Source of the DNA: a virus
DNA: 64,000 bases
Strand: one strand, 5' to 3'
IMG/VR virus record: IMGVR_UViG_3300031884_000939
Coordinates: 94,514 to 158,513 of that record
Shown: piece by piece, positions 19,817 to 28,199 of the stretch
Layout: each line of letters begins with the position of its first letter
Position numbering within the stretch: the stretch's first letter is position 1
The notes under the pieces: model-generated
Told to the model about the DNA's origin: nothing
The model's database searches: none
The model's input: the letters and a program-made list of their open reading frames with translations, nothing else
Position numbers and translations under genes: made by a program

Positions 19817-20177
19817 TTAAATCCTTTTCGAATCTAGCACGAACTAATGGCTCATTGGGTTGATCCCGCCTACTGCGTACATATATCTGCCCCTCGGGAT
19901 AATCCATGGTTAACTGCCAATTCAAATACTTTTTATTATACAAATCACGCTCTTTATATAACATAGCTGTGTATAAATCAGGTAATGTACTGAATTTAGG
20001 AGTAACAGCGTTAGGATTAATTAACGCATTAATTAAAATATCCTGTTGTATTCCTTTATAAGTTAATGGCTCGGAATCTACACGATCCCATAAACTATTG
20101 GGAATAGATTCACGAACAATATTAACTAAATCCTTTTCCCGCATAATAACAGTACGAACAATAGTTTTTATCCCCAT
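19809..20177 (-). CDS. Hypothetical protein
   Basis: Coupled ORF, 122 aa. Confidence 0.55.
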   Translation of the reverse strand: MGIKTIVRTVIMREKDLVNIVRESIPNSLWDRVDSEPLTYKGIQQDILINALINPNAVTPKFSTLPDLYTAMLYKERDLYNKKYLNWQLTMDYPEGQIYVRSRRDQPNEPLVRARFEKDLNE

Positions 20178-20389
20178 TTTAACTCCGCATATGATAGTAA
20201 TGATTCATTAATAAAAGTAAAATCTACACTAGCTGGGATAATATCGTCGTTGGTAAAATAATCCCCACGGCTACCATTATAACGCCAAGTAAAATCCACG
20301 CCAGCCTTAAGCCCCATAGACTTTAATTCTTCCACATAAGACATAGCTTCCATGGCATTCTTAACTGGTATAGACACATAATTAGGCAT
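20168..20389 (-). CDS. Small protein, LKW-motif family
   Basis: GVDFTWRY; C-terminus FINESLLSYAELKWG. Confidence 0.7.
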   Translation of the reverse strand: MPNYVSIPVKNAMEAMSYVEELKSMGLKAGVDFTWRYNGSRGDYFTNDDIIPASVDFTFINESLLSYAELKWG

Positions 20390-20401
20390 GGTTTTGCTAT
20401 A

Positions 20402-20427
20402 GAACTAGAGAACAAGCGCGAAGCGCA
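20402..20427 (+). repeat. Left copy of an inverted-repeat element containing GCGCGAAGCGC
   Basis: GAACTAGAGAACAAGCGCGAAGCGCA matches the reverse complement of 25645-25672 apart from a 2-nt indel. Confidence 0.8.
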
Positions 20428-20442
20428 CGTGCACGATAGATA

Positions 20443-20715
20443 TTATTCAATAACAATCTCCCCACCGTATTTTAGTATATAAAAGGATGCTAACTCCTCG
20501 GAATCAAACTCTACATAATGTAATTGATGTTGCTTAGGCCCACCAAACTTAATACGCCACCCCTCGCCCACAGCTAATACAGGATAATCAGAGCCAGATA
20601 TAATCGGCCCAACTAATTCAATTAATTCCTGCATAACCCTCTTAAGTTCACGCCTATACACACCATCGTCATATATCCCACTTAATCTATTAGTAATGGA
20701 AACGATGGTAGTCAT
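20443..20715 (-). CDS. Small protein, LKW-motif family
   Basis: GEGWRI; FDSEELASFYILKYG. Confidence 0.7.
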   Translation of the reverse strand: MTTIVSITNRLSGIYDDGVYRRELKRVMQELIELVGPIISGSDYPVLAVGEGWRIKFGGPKQHQLHYVEFDSEELASFYILKYGGEIVIE

Positions 20716-20866
20716 TATATGCTAAGTTAATTATCTTCACGAGAGTACACAAACAAGCAGACTAATCCCACTCCTGCCCAGCCCCAATGATTAATTACTA
20801 ACACAGATCCTGTAATAAACAATAACAAATTAATCCACTGTGGACTATAACTTATTTCATAACGAC

Positions 20867-21373
20867 TCATTTTTGATTCACTCCATAGTTTTGATAGGAA
20901 TTAGCTTGAGTAGCCGCATATCCTTGATTAGTATTCATATTAGCCGCATGATTAAATGCCTGTTGAGCTTGAGCATAGCTTTGAAGATTCTGTACTCTTT
21001 TCATGATATCATCCTCGGGATCATAATCAGCTTCTTTCTTTTTAAGCGCATCCATAGTACGATTGAGCTCATTACAATATTTGTCATATTGAATACTGAG
21101 TATAACAGTAATAAACTCTATAACATAATAAACATACATGAATACAATAGACGCTAATATAACAACATCAGAATGTACACTAAACACGATATTAATTCCT
21201 ATGCCTATAAGTGTTAATAGTATGCCAGTGACAGCAAAGCGTCCTAGTGTGTATAGTACAAACAACCCTGTTTCATAGCGTAGTCCATGCTTATACCATA
21301 TAAAATGCGCTCTTGGGAATGAAATAATGTTATTACCAATTTTACGCAATAGCCATAACGCAAAGTTTTTCAT
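20867..21373 (-). CDS. Membrane protein with two predicted TM helices
   Basis: Hydrophobic segments and a Gln/Asn-rich tail. Confidence 0.55.
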   Translation of the reverse strand: MKNFALWLLRKIGNNIISFPRAHFIWYKHGLRYETGLFVLYTLGRFAVTGILLTLIGIGINIVFSVHSDVVILASIVFMYVYYVIEFITVILSIQYDKYCNELNRTMDALKKKEADYDPEDDIMKRVQNLQSYAQAQQAFNHAANMNTNQGYAATQANSYQNYGVNQK

Positions 21374-21828
21374 AGTGTGTATCCTAGTTAATAATGCTAT
21401 TATTATAACATAATACGAATAAATGAACAATCTTTTTGATATGGCTAGCTAACCATACGAGCCGGAACCGTTTAATATAGCTAGTGTAAAGGATAGTTAA
21501 GGGAATTATAGTAAATGGTACAGAAATAAAGGATACAAGGCCGAATATTTAGTGTGTGAAAAAAATGGTGATTTTACAGAATATAAGAAAAGATTCAATC
21601 TTTATGGTTAGTAAGACATAGTGAAGAAAGTGTCAAAACCTTCGGCCCTCGGGGCGAGCAATGGCGAAAACGGCCTATACATCGCCTACTATCACCTTGA
21701 TACCGTTTCCATATCCCTTATCCGCATAGTCTCCTACTGTATAACACCCTTTTCTACGGTTATCGCCAGGTTCTCGGCTATACTATACACTACCCAACCT
21801 TAGTATAGCCTTGACCCCGAGCTAACAA

Positions 21829-22995
21829 CTACTTCTTAGGGGCTTGCTGTACGGTAACTGAACCTTGCACTGCAGCGTTTTGACTTTGTGTATCTTGACG
21901 CCAATTACCCCATGCTTGACCCAGCTTTTGATTAAAACTATCACTATGACGGTTTCTAAACAGTATTAACACTAGTTCATGATTAGGGTCTACCCACGCT
22001 TTTTGGCCATACATACCTAACCATACATATCCATTCTTAATGACAGGATGTGTCCATACTCCAGTGCCATAACCAAAGTATATGCCGGCTTCTTCAGGTT
22101 TCACTACAGTATGTGTAGCATTTAGCATATATTCCTGTAAACACTTTCCATTAGCGCCTTTAATAGTATCCAATCCATATTGTGCCAAGTGTGCCCAATC
22201 AGTTAATGTAGCGGATAATCCATAGGATGTATTAATACGATTATCCTTGTCCCTAAACCAATCCATGGGCTGTTCTGTGTGGCTTTTATTAACTAGTTCA
22301 CGCATATAGTATTCAGTACCTTTTAAGTGGTCCAATACTAATCCTAATGCGCTGGTATTCAAGTTATCATATGTATAATCATGGTCATAACTTTTGAGGT
22401 TTTTGGGATTATTCATTAGGTCTGTTTGACTACTAAACTGTTTAGTTAATAGCCAAAAGTCCCCAGGGTTTTCACCGGTTCCTTGGCGGTCTGGGCCCGG
22501 GGCTCCTGATGTCATGGATAGTAATTGGGCTATAGTAGCACGGCCATACGCATTGTTTTTAAGCTCGGGCGCATATGATTCCGCGGTGTCATTTAGTGAT
22601 TTAATATCGCCCCGACATAGTGCTTGACCCACTAATAAATTGGTTACGCCCTTGGCCAAACTCCATCCGAGGTATTGTGTGTTTATGTCCTTGTTACGCT
22701 CATATACTATAGTGCCGTGATCCAATAGTATCATGGATAAGTTATTGGGATCCTCTTCATACATCGTGTCCATACGAGCTTTAACTTGGGGGCTCAATTG
22801 CTCCTTGTCCCTAGCTAATGCCTCAGGTTTAGTGGGCTCAAATGTTATATGATTTAAGTCATGGCTAACACCGCCCTCCATCATATAGTATGTGGATACA
22901 CCCTTACCGTCTGGGGTAAAGTTTAAATCTGAGCCCGGCACTAATGCTAGTGCATGGCCAGCATATAATAACAGTAATAATAGCCATTTATTCAT
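21829..22995 (-). CDS. Secreted serine hydrolase of the beta-lactamase class C/PBP fold
   Basis: Signal peptide (ALA), S-x-x-K (WSLAKG), LLSMTSG, Y-x-N (YDN), GYG..W...GMYGQ...DP. Confidence 0.85.
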   Translation of the reverse strand: MNKWLLLLLLYAGHALALVPGSDLNFTPDGKGVSTYYMMEGGVSHDLNHITFEPTKPEALARDKEQLSPQVKARMDTMYEEDPNNLSMILLDHGTIVYERNKDINTQYLGWSLAKGVTNLLVGQALCRGDIKSLNDTAESYAPELKNNAYGRATIAQLLSMTSGAPGPDRQGTGENPGDFWLLTKQFSSQTDLMNNPKNLKSYDHDYTYDNLNTSALGLVLDHLKGTEYYMRELVNKSHTEQPMDWFRDKDNRINTSYGLSATLTDWAHLAQYGLDTIKGANGKCLQEYMLNATHTVVKPEEAGIYFGYGTGVWTHPVIKNGYVWLGMYGQKAWVDPNHELVLILFRNRHSDSFNQKLGQAWGNWRQDTQSQNAAVQGSVTVQQAPKK

Positions 22996-23003
22996 ATTAA
23001 TTC

Positions 23004-23237
23004 CTAGTAGTAACAAACATGGCTAGAACCATGCCTAGAATCCATAGGGCCAGGATAGTTAACAGCTAGACGAGTCTTATATAACTGTGTAGCCAAGTTA
23101 ATCTGCTCATGAGTAAAGCCATAGTCATATATGCCGTTAGGTCCGTAGAAGTCCAGCATATAATTAGTAAAGTTATTAGTATAATCAAACCCTAGAGGAG
23201 TCATGCCATATAATGCTTCAACTTGTGGGGTCTTCAT
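23004..23237 (-). CDS. Hypothetical early protein
   Basis: FYGPNGIY motif; TAATG coupling. Confidence 0.55.
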   Translation of the reverse strand: MKTPQVEALYGMTPLGFDYTNNFTNYMLDFYGPNGIYDYGFTHEQINLATQLYKTRLAVNYPGPMDSRHGSSHVCYY

Positions 23238-23410
23238 TATACTATCTCCTTGATGGGGAACTTCGCCTGTATGACATGGAATGCTATCATGGTACGCTCA
23301 CTGTATAGCCTACGGCCATGTTTAGCGATATCTCTAACAATATCCGGGGCGGTCCAGCCTATGAATGCCGCTTCTTTTTTAATCTGTTTAATGGCAGTTT
23401 CTAGCTTCAT
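23237..23410 (-). CDS. Hypothetical early protein
   Basis: MKLETAIKQIKKEA start with AAGGA RBS. Confidence 0.55.
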   Translation of the reverse strand: MKLETAIKQIKKEAAFIGWTAPDIVRDIAKHGRRLYSERTMIAFHVIQAKFPIKEIV

Positions 23411-23411
23411 A

Positions 23412-23558
23412 TTAGTATATTTCCTTTGCATGTTTTCGTATAATGCGGCGGCCTAATGCGAGATTATCAGCCAATTTTAACGCTTGTTTTTTGCTAGGAG
23501 CAAACACTAGCTGCTCTATAGTTTCATCAATAGTAACCACTGTTAATCGATATGGCAT
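23412..23558 (-). CDS. 48-aa early microprotein
   Basis: Manually translated; TAATG coupling; GAGG RBS. Confidence 0.5.
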   Translation of the reverse strand: MPYRLTVVTIDETIEQLVFAPSKKQALKLADNLALGRRIIRKHAKEIY

Positions 23559-23680
23559 TATAGTGCCTCGTATAAGTGTGCGAATGCTTCCGGGCTAACA
23601 TAGTCTTTAACATAGATATAGATATCTACAATGTCATAGCCTGTGAGCTTCATGCGTACAATCTCTGCGTTAACATCCAT
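23558..23680 (-). CDS. 40-aa early microprotein, paralogue of 57044-57178
   Basis: AAGGAG RBS, TAATG coupling, shared EI...K..G..I.D.YIY.KDY motif. Confidence 0.6.
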   Translation of the reverse strand: MDVNAEIVRMKLTGYDIVDIYIYVKDYVSPEAFAHLYEAL

Positions 23681-23844
23681 TATAGTTGCTCCTTGATAGT
23701 TGCGATTAGTGCGCGAATGCGCTGGTTGTCTGAACAGTCCTCACGGTTCTGATTAACACGAACTGACAAGAGTTCACGCAGGGCCTCTAGGGTTAGCTCT
23801 GCTTGCCTAGGGGTAATGTCTAACTTAACTCTCTGTGCTATCAT
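23680..23844 (-). CDS. 54-aa early microprotein
   Basis: AGGAG RBS directly behind an early promoter. Confidence 0.6.
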   Translation of the reverse strand: MIAQRVKLDITPRQAELTLEALRELLSVRVNQNREDCSDNQRIRALIATIKEQL

Positions 23845-23852
23845 TTATTAGT

Positions 23853-23911
23853 GCTCCTGCTTATTGTTTACTATATACATAGTATAACGCCAAGGGCATT
23901 GTATGTCAACC
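23853..23911 (-). promoter_or_regulatory. Early sigma70 promoter with conserved leader
   Basis: GGTTGACA-N17-TATACT-N6-ATAGTAAACAA...AGGAG. Confidence 0.8.
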
Positions 23912-23914
23912 AAA

Positions 23915-24360
23915 AGGATTGATTATGGCATCTGCCTGGGCCCCAACACACGGTTAGCCTAACTATATTATAACATCTTATTAGAGCTTAGTCAACCCCC
24001 TGGGCCTTGCCATACTGTGGGGTAGGTTAGCCATAATATCATAGCTGTTTTTAGGGCCCAAAATAGGGTGTATATTATACAGGTTTTTAGGGCTTTTGTC
24101 AAGTGGCCTAGGCTTGCCATTCAAGATTATTTTGAGCAACCATGGGGTGGGGGGTCTAAAAACTTCGGGTACCCCCGGTAGGTCTATTAAGCTACAATAC
24201 AAAGTGTAAAGTTGGAAAAGGCGCCAATTTTATTTCGTATTATTCTGCCCTAATATAAGCCCACCATACCCCCAGGTCTTAAAACTTCACCACCTTTATT
24301 TTTCCGGGGTTTTCAAAAATTTGCACAAAATTTTTTTTTATCTTCTGTGCATATAGACCT
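23915..24360. other. Non-coding low-complexity segment; candidate genome end/packaging site or replication origin
   Basis: G/C runs (GGGGTGGGGGG, TACCCCCGG, TACCCCCAGG), A/T runs, no credible ORF. Confidence 0.35.
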
Positions 24361-24378
24361 GGTTATAAATATATCTCT

Positions 24379-24819
24379 ATGTTCTATATTATAACCTTTT
24401 TCGGCTGGACACTATATCTATACTGTTTACACCGTATAGCACACTCTGGATCAATACCCTTTTTACGGCGTGCTCACATGGCACATCATGCTCAAATACG
24501 TATAAAGGGTACTACTCACTGGCATTATACTAACTTATTCTTATATACAGATACTTGGGCTGTAACTAGGGATATGTGGGTTACTGAGATTATTCCCACT
24601 ATTATATTTGCTATAGTATTCAATGCTTACTGGTTATTGGGTTTATACTATATATGGGCTGCGTTTTTACAAGAACCATTAGAGCATAATCCCAAATTAG
24701 GTATATTCCCATTTACTAGTGGAGTATGGCATTTAAAGCATCATAGTAATGTATATTGTAACTATGGATTATTCTTCCCTATATGGGATAAGTTGTTTAA
24801 TACTGAATCTAAGTTATAA
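24379..24819 (+). CDS. Sterol desaturase/fatty acid hydroxylase family protein
   Basis: His boxes HRIAH, HMAHH, EH, HLKHH; NYGLFFPIWDKLF; TATAAATA just upstream. Confidence 0.85.
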   Translation: MFYIITFFGWTLYLYCLHRIAHSGSIPFLRRAHMAHHAQIRIKGTTHWHYTNLFLYTDTWAVTRDMWVTEIIPTIIFAIVFNAYWLLGLYYIWAAFLQEPLEHNPKLGIFPFTSGVWHLKHHSNVYCNYGLFFPIWDKLFNTESKL

Positions 24820-24851
24820 CTTATACGAGCTTTAGTATATACACTATCCAT

Positions 24852-25073
24852 TTAGTCATGTTCCATACCCACTATATCCAATATAGTAGCATACTCATAT
24901 CCCAAGTTCTTATTACCCGTATGGCGCAGTCTTCTATATACATCCTGATTAACTAGTAGTTCATCATTAATGCTATACTGTGGTTCTAGTGTATAATAGG
25001 GTTCCCAATGGCCAGGAGTCACTACTAGGGTTACAACCTTTTTGGGTATGCTGGTTATTTTAGGTATTGCCAT
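24852..25073 (-). CDS. Hypothetical protein
   Basis: Coupled small ORF. Confidence 0.45.
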   Translation of the reverse strand: MAIPKITSIPKKVVTLVVTPGHWEPYYTLEPQYSINDELLVNQDVYRRLRHTGNKNLGYEYATILDIVGMEHD

Positions 25074-25299
25074 ATTTCAATCTTATTAGTATTGCGTATT
25101 GTTCGTTATCCACTTCTAGACGCCATTCGGAATGTTGTCGTTTCCAATTACTAGCATCTTTAATATATTCATTGTATAAGCGCCATCCCACTCCACCTAT
25201 ACTATCATGTAAGTAATAGCGCCTAGGACTTATGTTACTGTGACAGTAATTAGCTATGTCCTCTTTGCGTATATGTTGGGGAATCTCAATCGTTGTCAT
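25060..25299 (-). CDS. Small protein, LKW-motif family
   Basis: GGVGWRL; VDNEQYAILIRLKYG. Confidence 0.65.
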   Translation of the reverse strand: MTTIEIPQHIRKEDIANYCHSNISPRRYYLHDSIGGVGWRLYNEYIKDASNWKRQHSEWRLEVDNEQYAILIRLKYGNT

Positions 25300-25427
25300 G
25301 TTGTTTAAGTTTATCCCACATACGCTGTTTATTCAGTTTACGCTTACGTATATAGTTGTCCACAGTACTAGCTATAATACCCATAGTAGCACCCAGTACA
25401 GCCGCTATTACTCCTATAATTAATTCA

Positions 25428-25631
25428 CTAGTATTCATTATACGCCAACATAAAGGTCATTGCTAGTTGCTCACTAGTATAGTACAAGGTACGACCCCGC
25501 ATTAGTAAGGGTATATCCAATCTTTCATGTATATCATATATGTCGCTGGCGTGTACTATATCCAATGTGAGTCTATATGGATACAAGGGTAATCCCGGTA
25601 ATTGGTCAGATTGTAATCGTTCTAATATCAT
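25428..25631 (-). CDS. Small protein, LKW-motif family (variant)
   Basis: C-terminus YTSEQLAMTFMLAY. Confidence 0.6.
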   Translation of the reverse strand: MILERLQSDQLPGLPLYPYRLTLDIVHASDIYDIHERLDIPLLMRGRTLYYTSEQLAMTFMLAYNEY

Positions 25632-25644
25632 GTGTCTACCGCGC

Positions 25645-25672
25645 TGCGCTTCGCGCTTGTGTTCTCTAGTTC
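25645..25672 (-). repeat. Right copy of the inverted-repeat element containing GCGCGAAGCGC
   Basis: Minus strand reads GAACTAGAGAACACAAGCGCGAAGCGCA. Confidence 0.8.
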
Positions 25673-25677
25673 AATAG

Positions 25678-25956
25678 TCACGAATTCTTCAATAAATTCC
25701 ATGTAATTGATTGGGGTAGTGTAGTGCCTAATTGTATAGTACGTTCGGGCATGATTAGTGTACTCCAAGCGCCTTTCTTTACTTCGCCCTCGCGGGTTTT
25801 ATATGTATAGGTGTACAGTATTCTAATGCGGGCCCTACGTATACTACTAACTGTACCAATCTTAACTCCTTTTAAATATGAGGAGGTAAATGCTATGGGC
25901 TGTCCTAGTTCTATTAGTTGCCCCAAGCTGTCATAGTGTATATACTCTTTAACCAT
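25678..25956 (-). CDS. SH3/KOW-like small phage protein
   Basis: H.DSLGQLIELGQPIAF...KIGTV. Confidence 0.55.
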   Translation of the reverse strand: MVKEYIHYDSLGQLIELGQPIAFTSSYLKGVKIGTVSSIRRARIRILYTYTYKTREGEVKKGAWSTLIMPERTIQLGTTLPQSITWNLLKNS

Positions 25957-26145
25957 TACTTGCCTTTAATTAGTACAGGAGTTTTAATTAGTTTATCCAG
26001 GGGTTCATCTAATACTACTAAAATACCATACATAATGGCACCATATGCTATAAACAAAAATAGCAAACATAATACCATAATGACGTGTATCCTAGTGTTA
26101 GATTTCATAATAACATTATACAAGATTTAGTATTACTTGTCAAAT

Positions 26146-26254
26146 ACAACAGAACCCCTTTCGGGGCCATGTTGTCCTAGTATCTAGTCCACATCTAGGG
26201 TAGTGGATAGTAACCCCAAGTGACCAATTTGGGTGCCCACCAGACTTGGGCAAT
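26146..26254. ncRNA. Candidate structured RNA (chain of hairpins)
   Basis: Minus strand: TGCCCA/TGGGCA, CCCAA/TTGGG, TCCAC/GTGGA, CTAG/CTAG and ACAAC..CCCC-GAAA-GGGG..GTTGT stems, back to back in an intergenic gap. Confidence 0.4.
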
Positions 26255-26268
26255 TTATAAGGAGCGGT

Positions 26269-26502
26269 CTAATCCAAATATACTGTAAATGCTACTGCGT
26301 GTCTCTTAAGTGTATGACGATTATCTGTACCAATTCTGGGTCCGCGATATCTAATCCTTGGTTTATATCCCAAACTCTTTAATTGGTTGCGTGTAATATC
26401 TAACTGACTAATAGGTACATGATATAGTTTACGCTCAACAATATTAGTATATAATTCAGCGTACCCAGCAATAAATGCCGCTACCGTAAGTTCGCTATTC
26501 AT
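26269..26502 (-). CDS. Conserved early phage protein
   Basis: RIRYRGPR...TLKRHA..F.VY motif. Confidence 0.6.
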   Translation of the reverse strand: MNSELTVAAFIAGYAELYTNIVERKLYHVPISQLDITRNQLKSLGYKPRIRYRGPRIGTDNRHTLKRHAVAFTVYLD

Positions 26503-26503
26503 A

Positions 26504-26905
26504 TTACTCACCATCATAGCTTAAATGTTTATGCTTACGATTCCAAGCGTCACGCACCTTGCGAGCTTCTGCGGGAGTCATTATAGCACTGACTTCAACC
26601 TTGGCGCCTTGTAGTTCTTGACTAAACTTAGTGGGCACCTTAACTACTACTGTATTTTTGCGTACAGTTGCGCCACGAGCTTTGCCTACTAGTAAATTAG
26701 TAATTTCTGTACGACCGTTGTCAAAACCGCGTACTAGCAATTCTTTAATGGCACTATCCTTGTCCATGGGCTTGGTTAGTTTAATCATTTCAACTTCTGT
26801 ATGGCCCACTTTAACCAAGTGTAAAAAACGAGCATCACTAGTAGTAAAGCGCAATTTAAGCTCACCGTTTAATCTGCTAACACCTGCGTATGTAAATTGT
26901 TTCAT
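26504..26905 (-). CDS. Conserved early phage protein
   Basis: FTYAGVSRLNGELKLRF...L.K.GHTEV..I.L.KPM.K; promoter at 26964-26936. Confidence 0.65.
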   Translation of the reverse strand: MKQFTYAGVSRLNGELKLRFTTSDARFLHLVKVGHTEVEMIKLTKPMDKDSAIKELLVRGFDNGRTEITNLLVGKARGATVRKNTVVVKVPTKFSQELQGAKVEVSAIMTPAEARKVRDAWNRKHKHLSYDGE

Positions 26906-26965
26906 TTATTGCTCCTATTTGTTTACTATAGAACTAGTATAAGTTAAATTGAATTACGTGTCAAC

Positions 26966-27142
26966 CTAGCTGTTTACAGTACTGTAAGGGCTATAATCTA
27001 CTTGGGCACCAATAGCATCTAGTTCTTCTAGAGCATCCATATGGGCATTCCAAACTCTTGCGAAATTTTCTGCTGAACCAAAGTTTTCTGTAATTAGTGC
27101 TCTGAACTCTGCGTCTAGTTCTTCTCTTGTTAATATTTTCAT
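26966..27142 (-). CDS. 58-aa early microprotein
   Basis: AAGGAG RBS; promoter GGTTGACT-N17-TATACT at 27203-27173. Confidence 0.55.
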   Translation of the reverse strand: MKILTREELDAEFRALITENFGSAENFARVWNAHMDALEELDAIGAQVDYSPYSTVNS

Positions 27143-27224
27143 TACTAACTCCTTTTTGTTTACTATAATGCTAGTATAGCAAAATTGGAATTAGTAGTCA
27201 ACCGCCCCTAAACTACAAGTGTTG

Positions 27225-27512
27225 TTATTCTACAACACCTATGATTTCTTCTTCTTTAAGCACCAAATAGTCTTGTCCATCTACTTTAACTGGAGTACCT
27301 GCGCCCGGGCCAAACATAATAACATCGCCTACTTTAACGGATAATGGAATTAATACACCTTGGGCTGTGACACGACCTGGGCCCGCGGATATAATAGTTC
27401 CTTGATTATTCTTTTCAGCATTACTATCGGGAATAATAAGTCCTGAGCTAGTTTTAGTTTCTGGAGGAGCACGATGTATTAGTACACGATCTGCTGTGGG
27501 ATTAAATGCCAT
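27225..27512 (-). CDS. groES: Co-chaperonin GroES
   Basis: PTADRVLI, TSSGLIIPD, AGPG, VKVGD.I.F, YLVLKEEEIIGVVE. Confidence 0.95.
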   Translation of the reverse strand: MAFNPTADRVLIHRAPPETKTSSGLIIPDSNAEKNNQGTIISAGPGRVTAQGVLIPLSVKVGDVIMFGPGAGTPVKVDGQDYLVLKEEEIIGVVE

Positions 27513-27513
27513 G

Positions 27514-28137
27514 TTATACTCTCTTTTCTACAATTTTATCGGCTAGGCCATATTCGACTGCTTCTTGAGCAGATAGGAATGTATCATGCTTCATAGCTTG
27601 ATACAGTTCATCATAACTTTTGCCTGCGGTATTATGTTTAACATACAATTCGGTTAAGCGTTGGTTAATGCGCTTGGATTCTTCAAAAGTACGGCGAGCA
27701 TCTTCAAACTCTAACTCTTGTACATGAACAGAACCCGAAGTACCAGGAGTACCTGAACTTACACGGTGAATCATAGTGCGTGACTCTGGCAATACTAATC
27801 GTTTACCTGGAGCGCCAGCTTGTGCTAAAAATGAACCCATTGAGCAAGCCTGACCTAATACAATAGTGGACACATCTGGTTTAATAAACTGCATAGTGTC
27901 ATAGATAGCTAATCCAGCGGTAACTAGTCCGCCTGGGCTGTTAATATAAAACAAGATATCACTGTCTGGATCTTCTGCTTCTAAAAATAGCATTTGTGCT
28001 ACAATTAAACTGGCTGTGTGTTCACTTACCGCTTGGTCCAACATTACAATACGATCTTTAAGTAATCGACTATAAATGTCGTAACTGCGTTCACCTTTTG
28101 CGGTCTGCTCAACCACCATTGGAATCAAACTTGGCAT
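27514..28137 (-). CDS. clpP: ATP-dependent Clp protease proteolytic subunit
   Basis: [46 protein letters not shown]. Confidence 0.95.
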   Translation of the reverse strand: MPSLIPMVVEQTAKGERSYDIYSRLLKDRIVMLDQAVSEHTASLIVAQMLFLEAEDPDSDILFYINSPGGLVTAGLAIYDTMQFIKPDVSTIVLGQACSMGSFLAQAGAPGKRLVLPESRTMIHRVSSGTPGTSGSVHVQELEFEDARRTFEESKRINQRLTELYVKHNTAGKSYDELYQAMKHDTFLSAQEAVEYGLADKIVEKRV

Positions 28138-28199
28138 ACTAATCCTTTATGTTTATAATATTACTATTATACTTTCAAGGACTGGCTGTGTCAAGTCTT

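Noticed and set aside
21829-22995. Antibiotic-resistance gene (ampC)
   Set aside because: Fold motifs only; lacks the KTG triad of true class C beta-lactamases.
23981-24202. 73-aa minus-strand ORF (and 21621-21803 plus)
   Set aside because: Lie in low-complexity segments with no RBS and atypical composition; probably non-coding.
26146-26254. tRNA gene
   Set aside because: No acceptor stem, TTC loop or anticodon-arm geometry.
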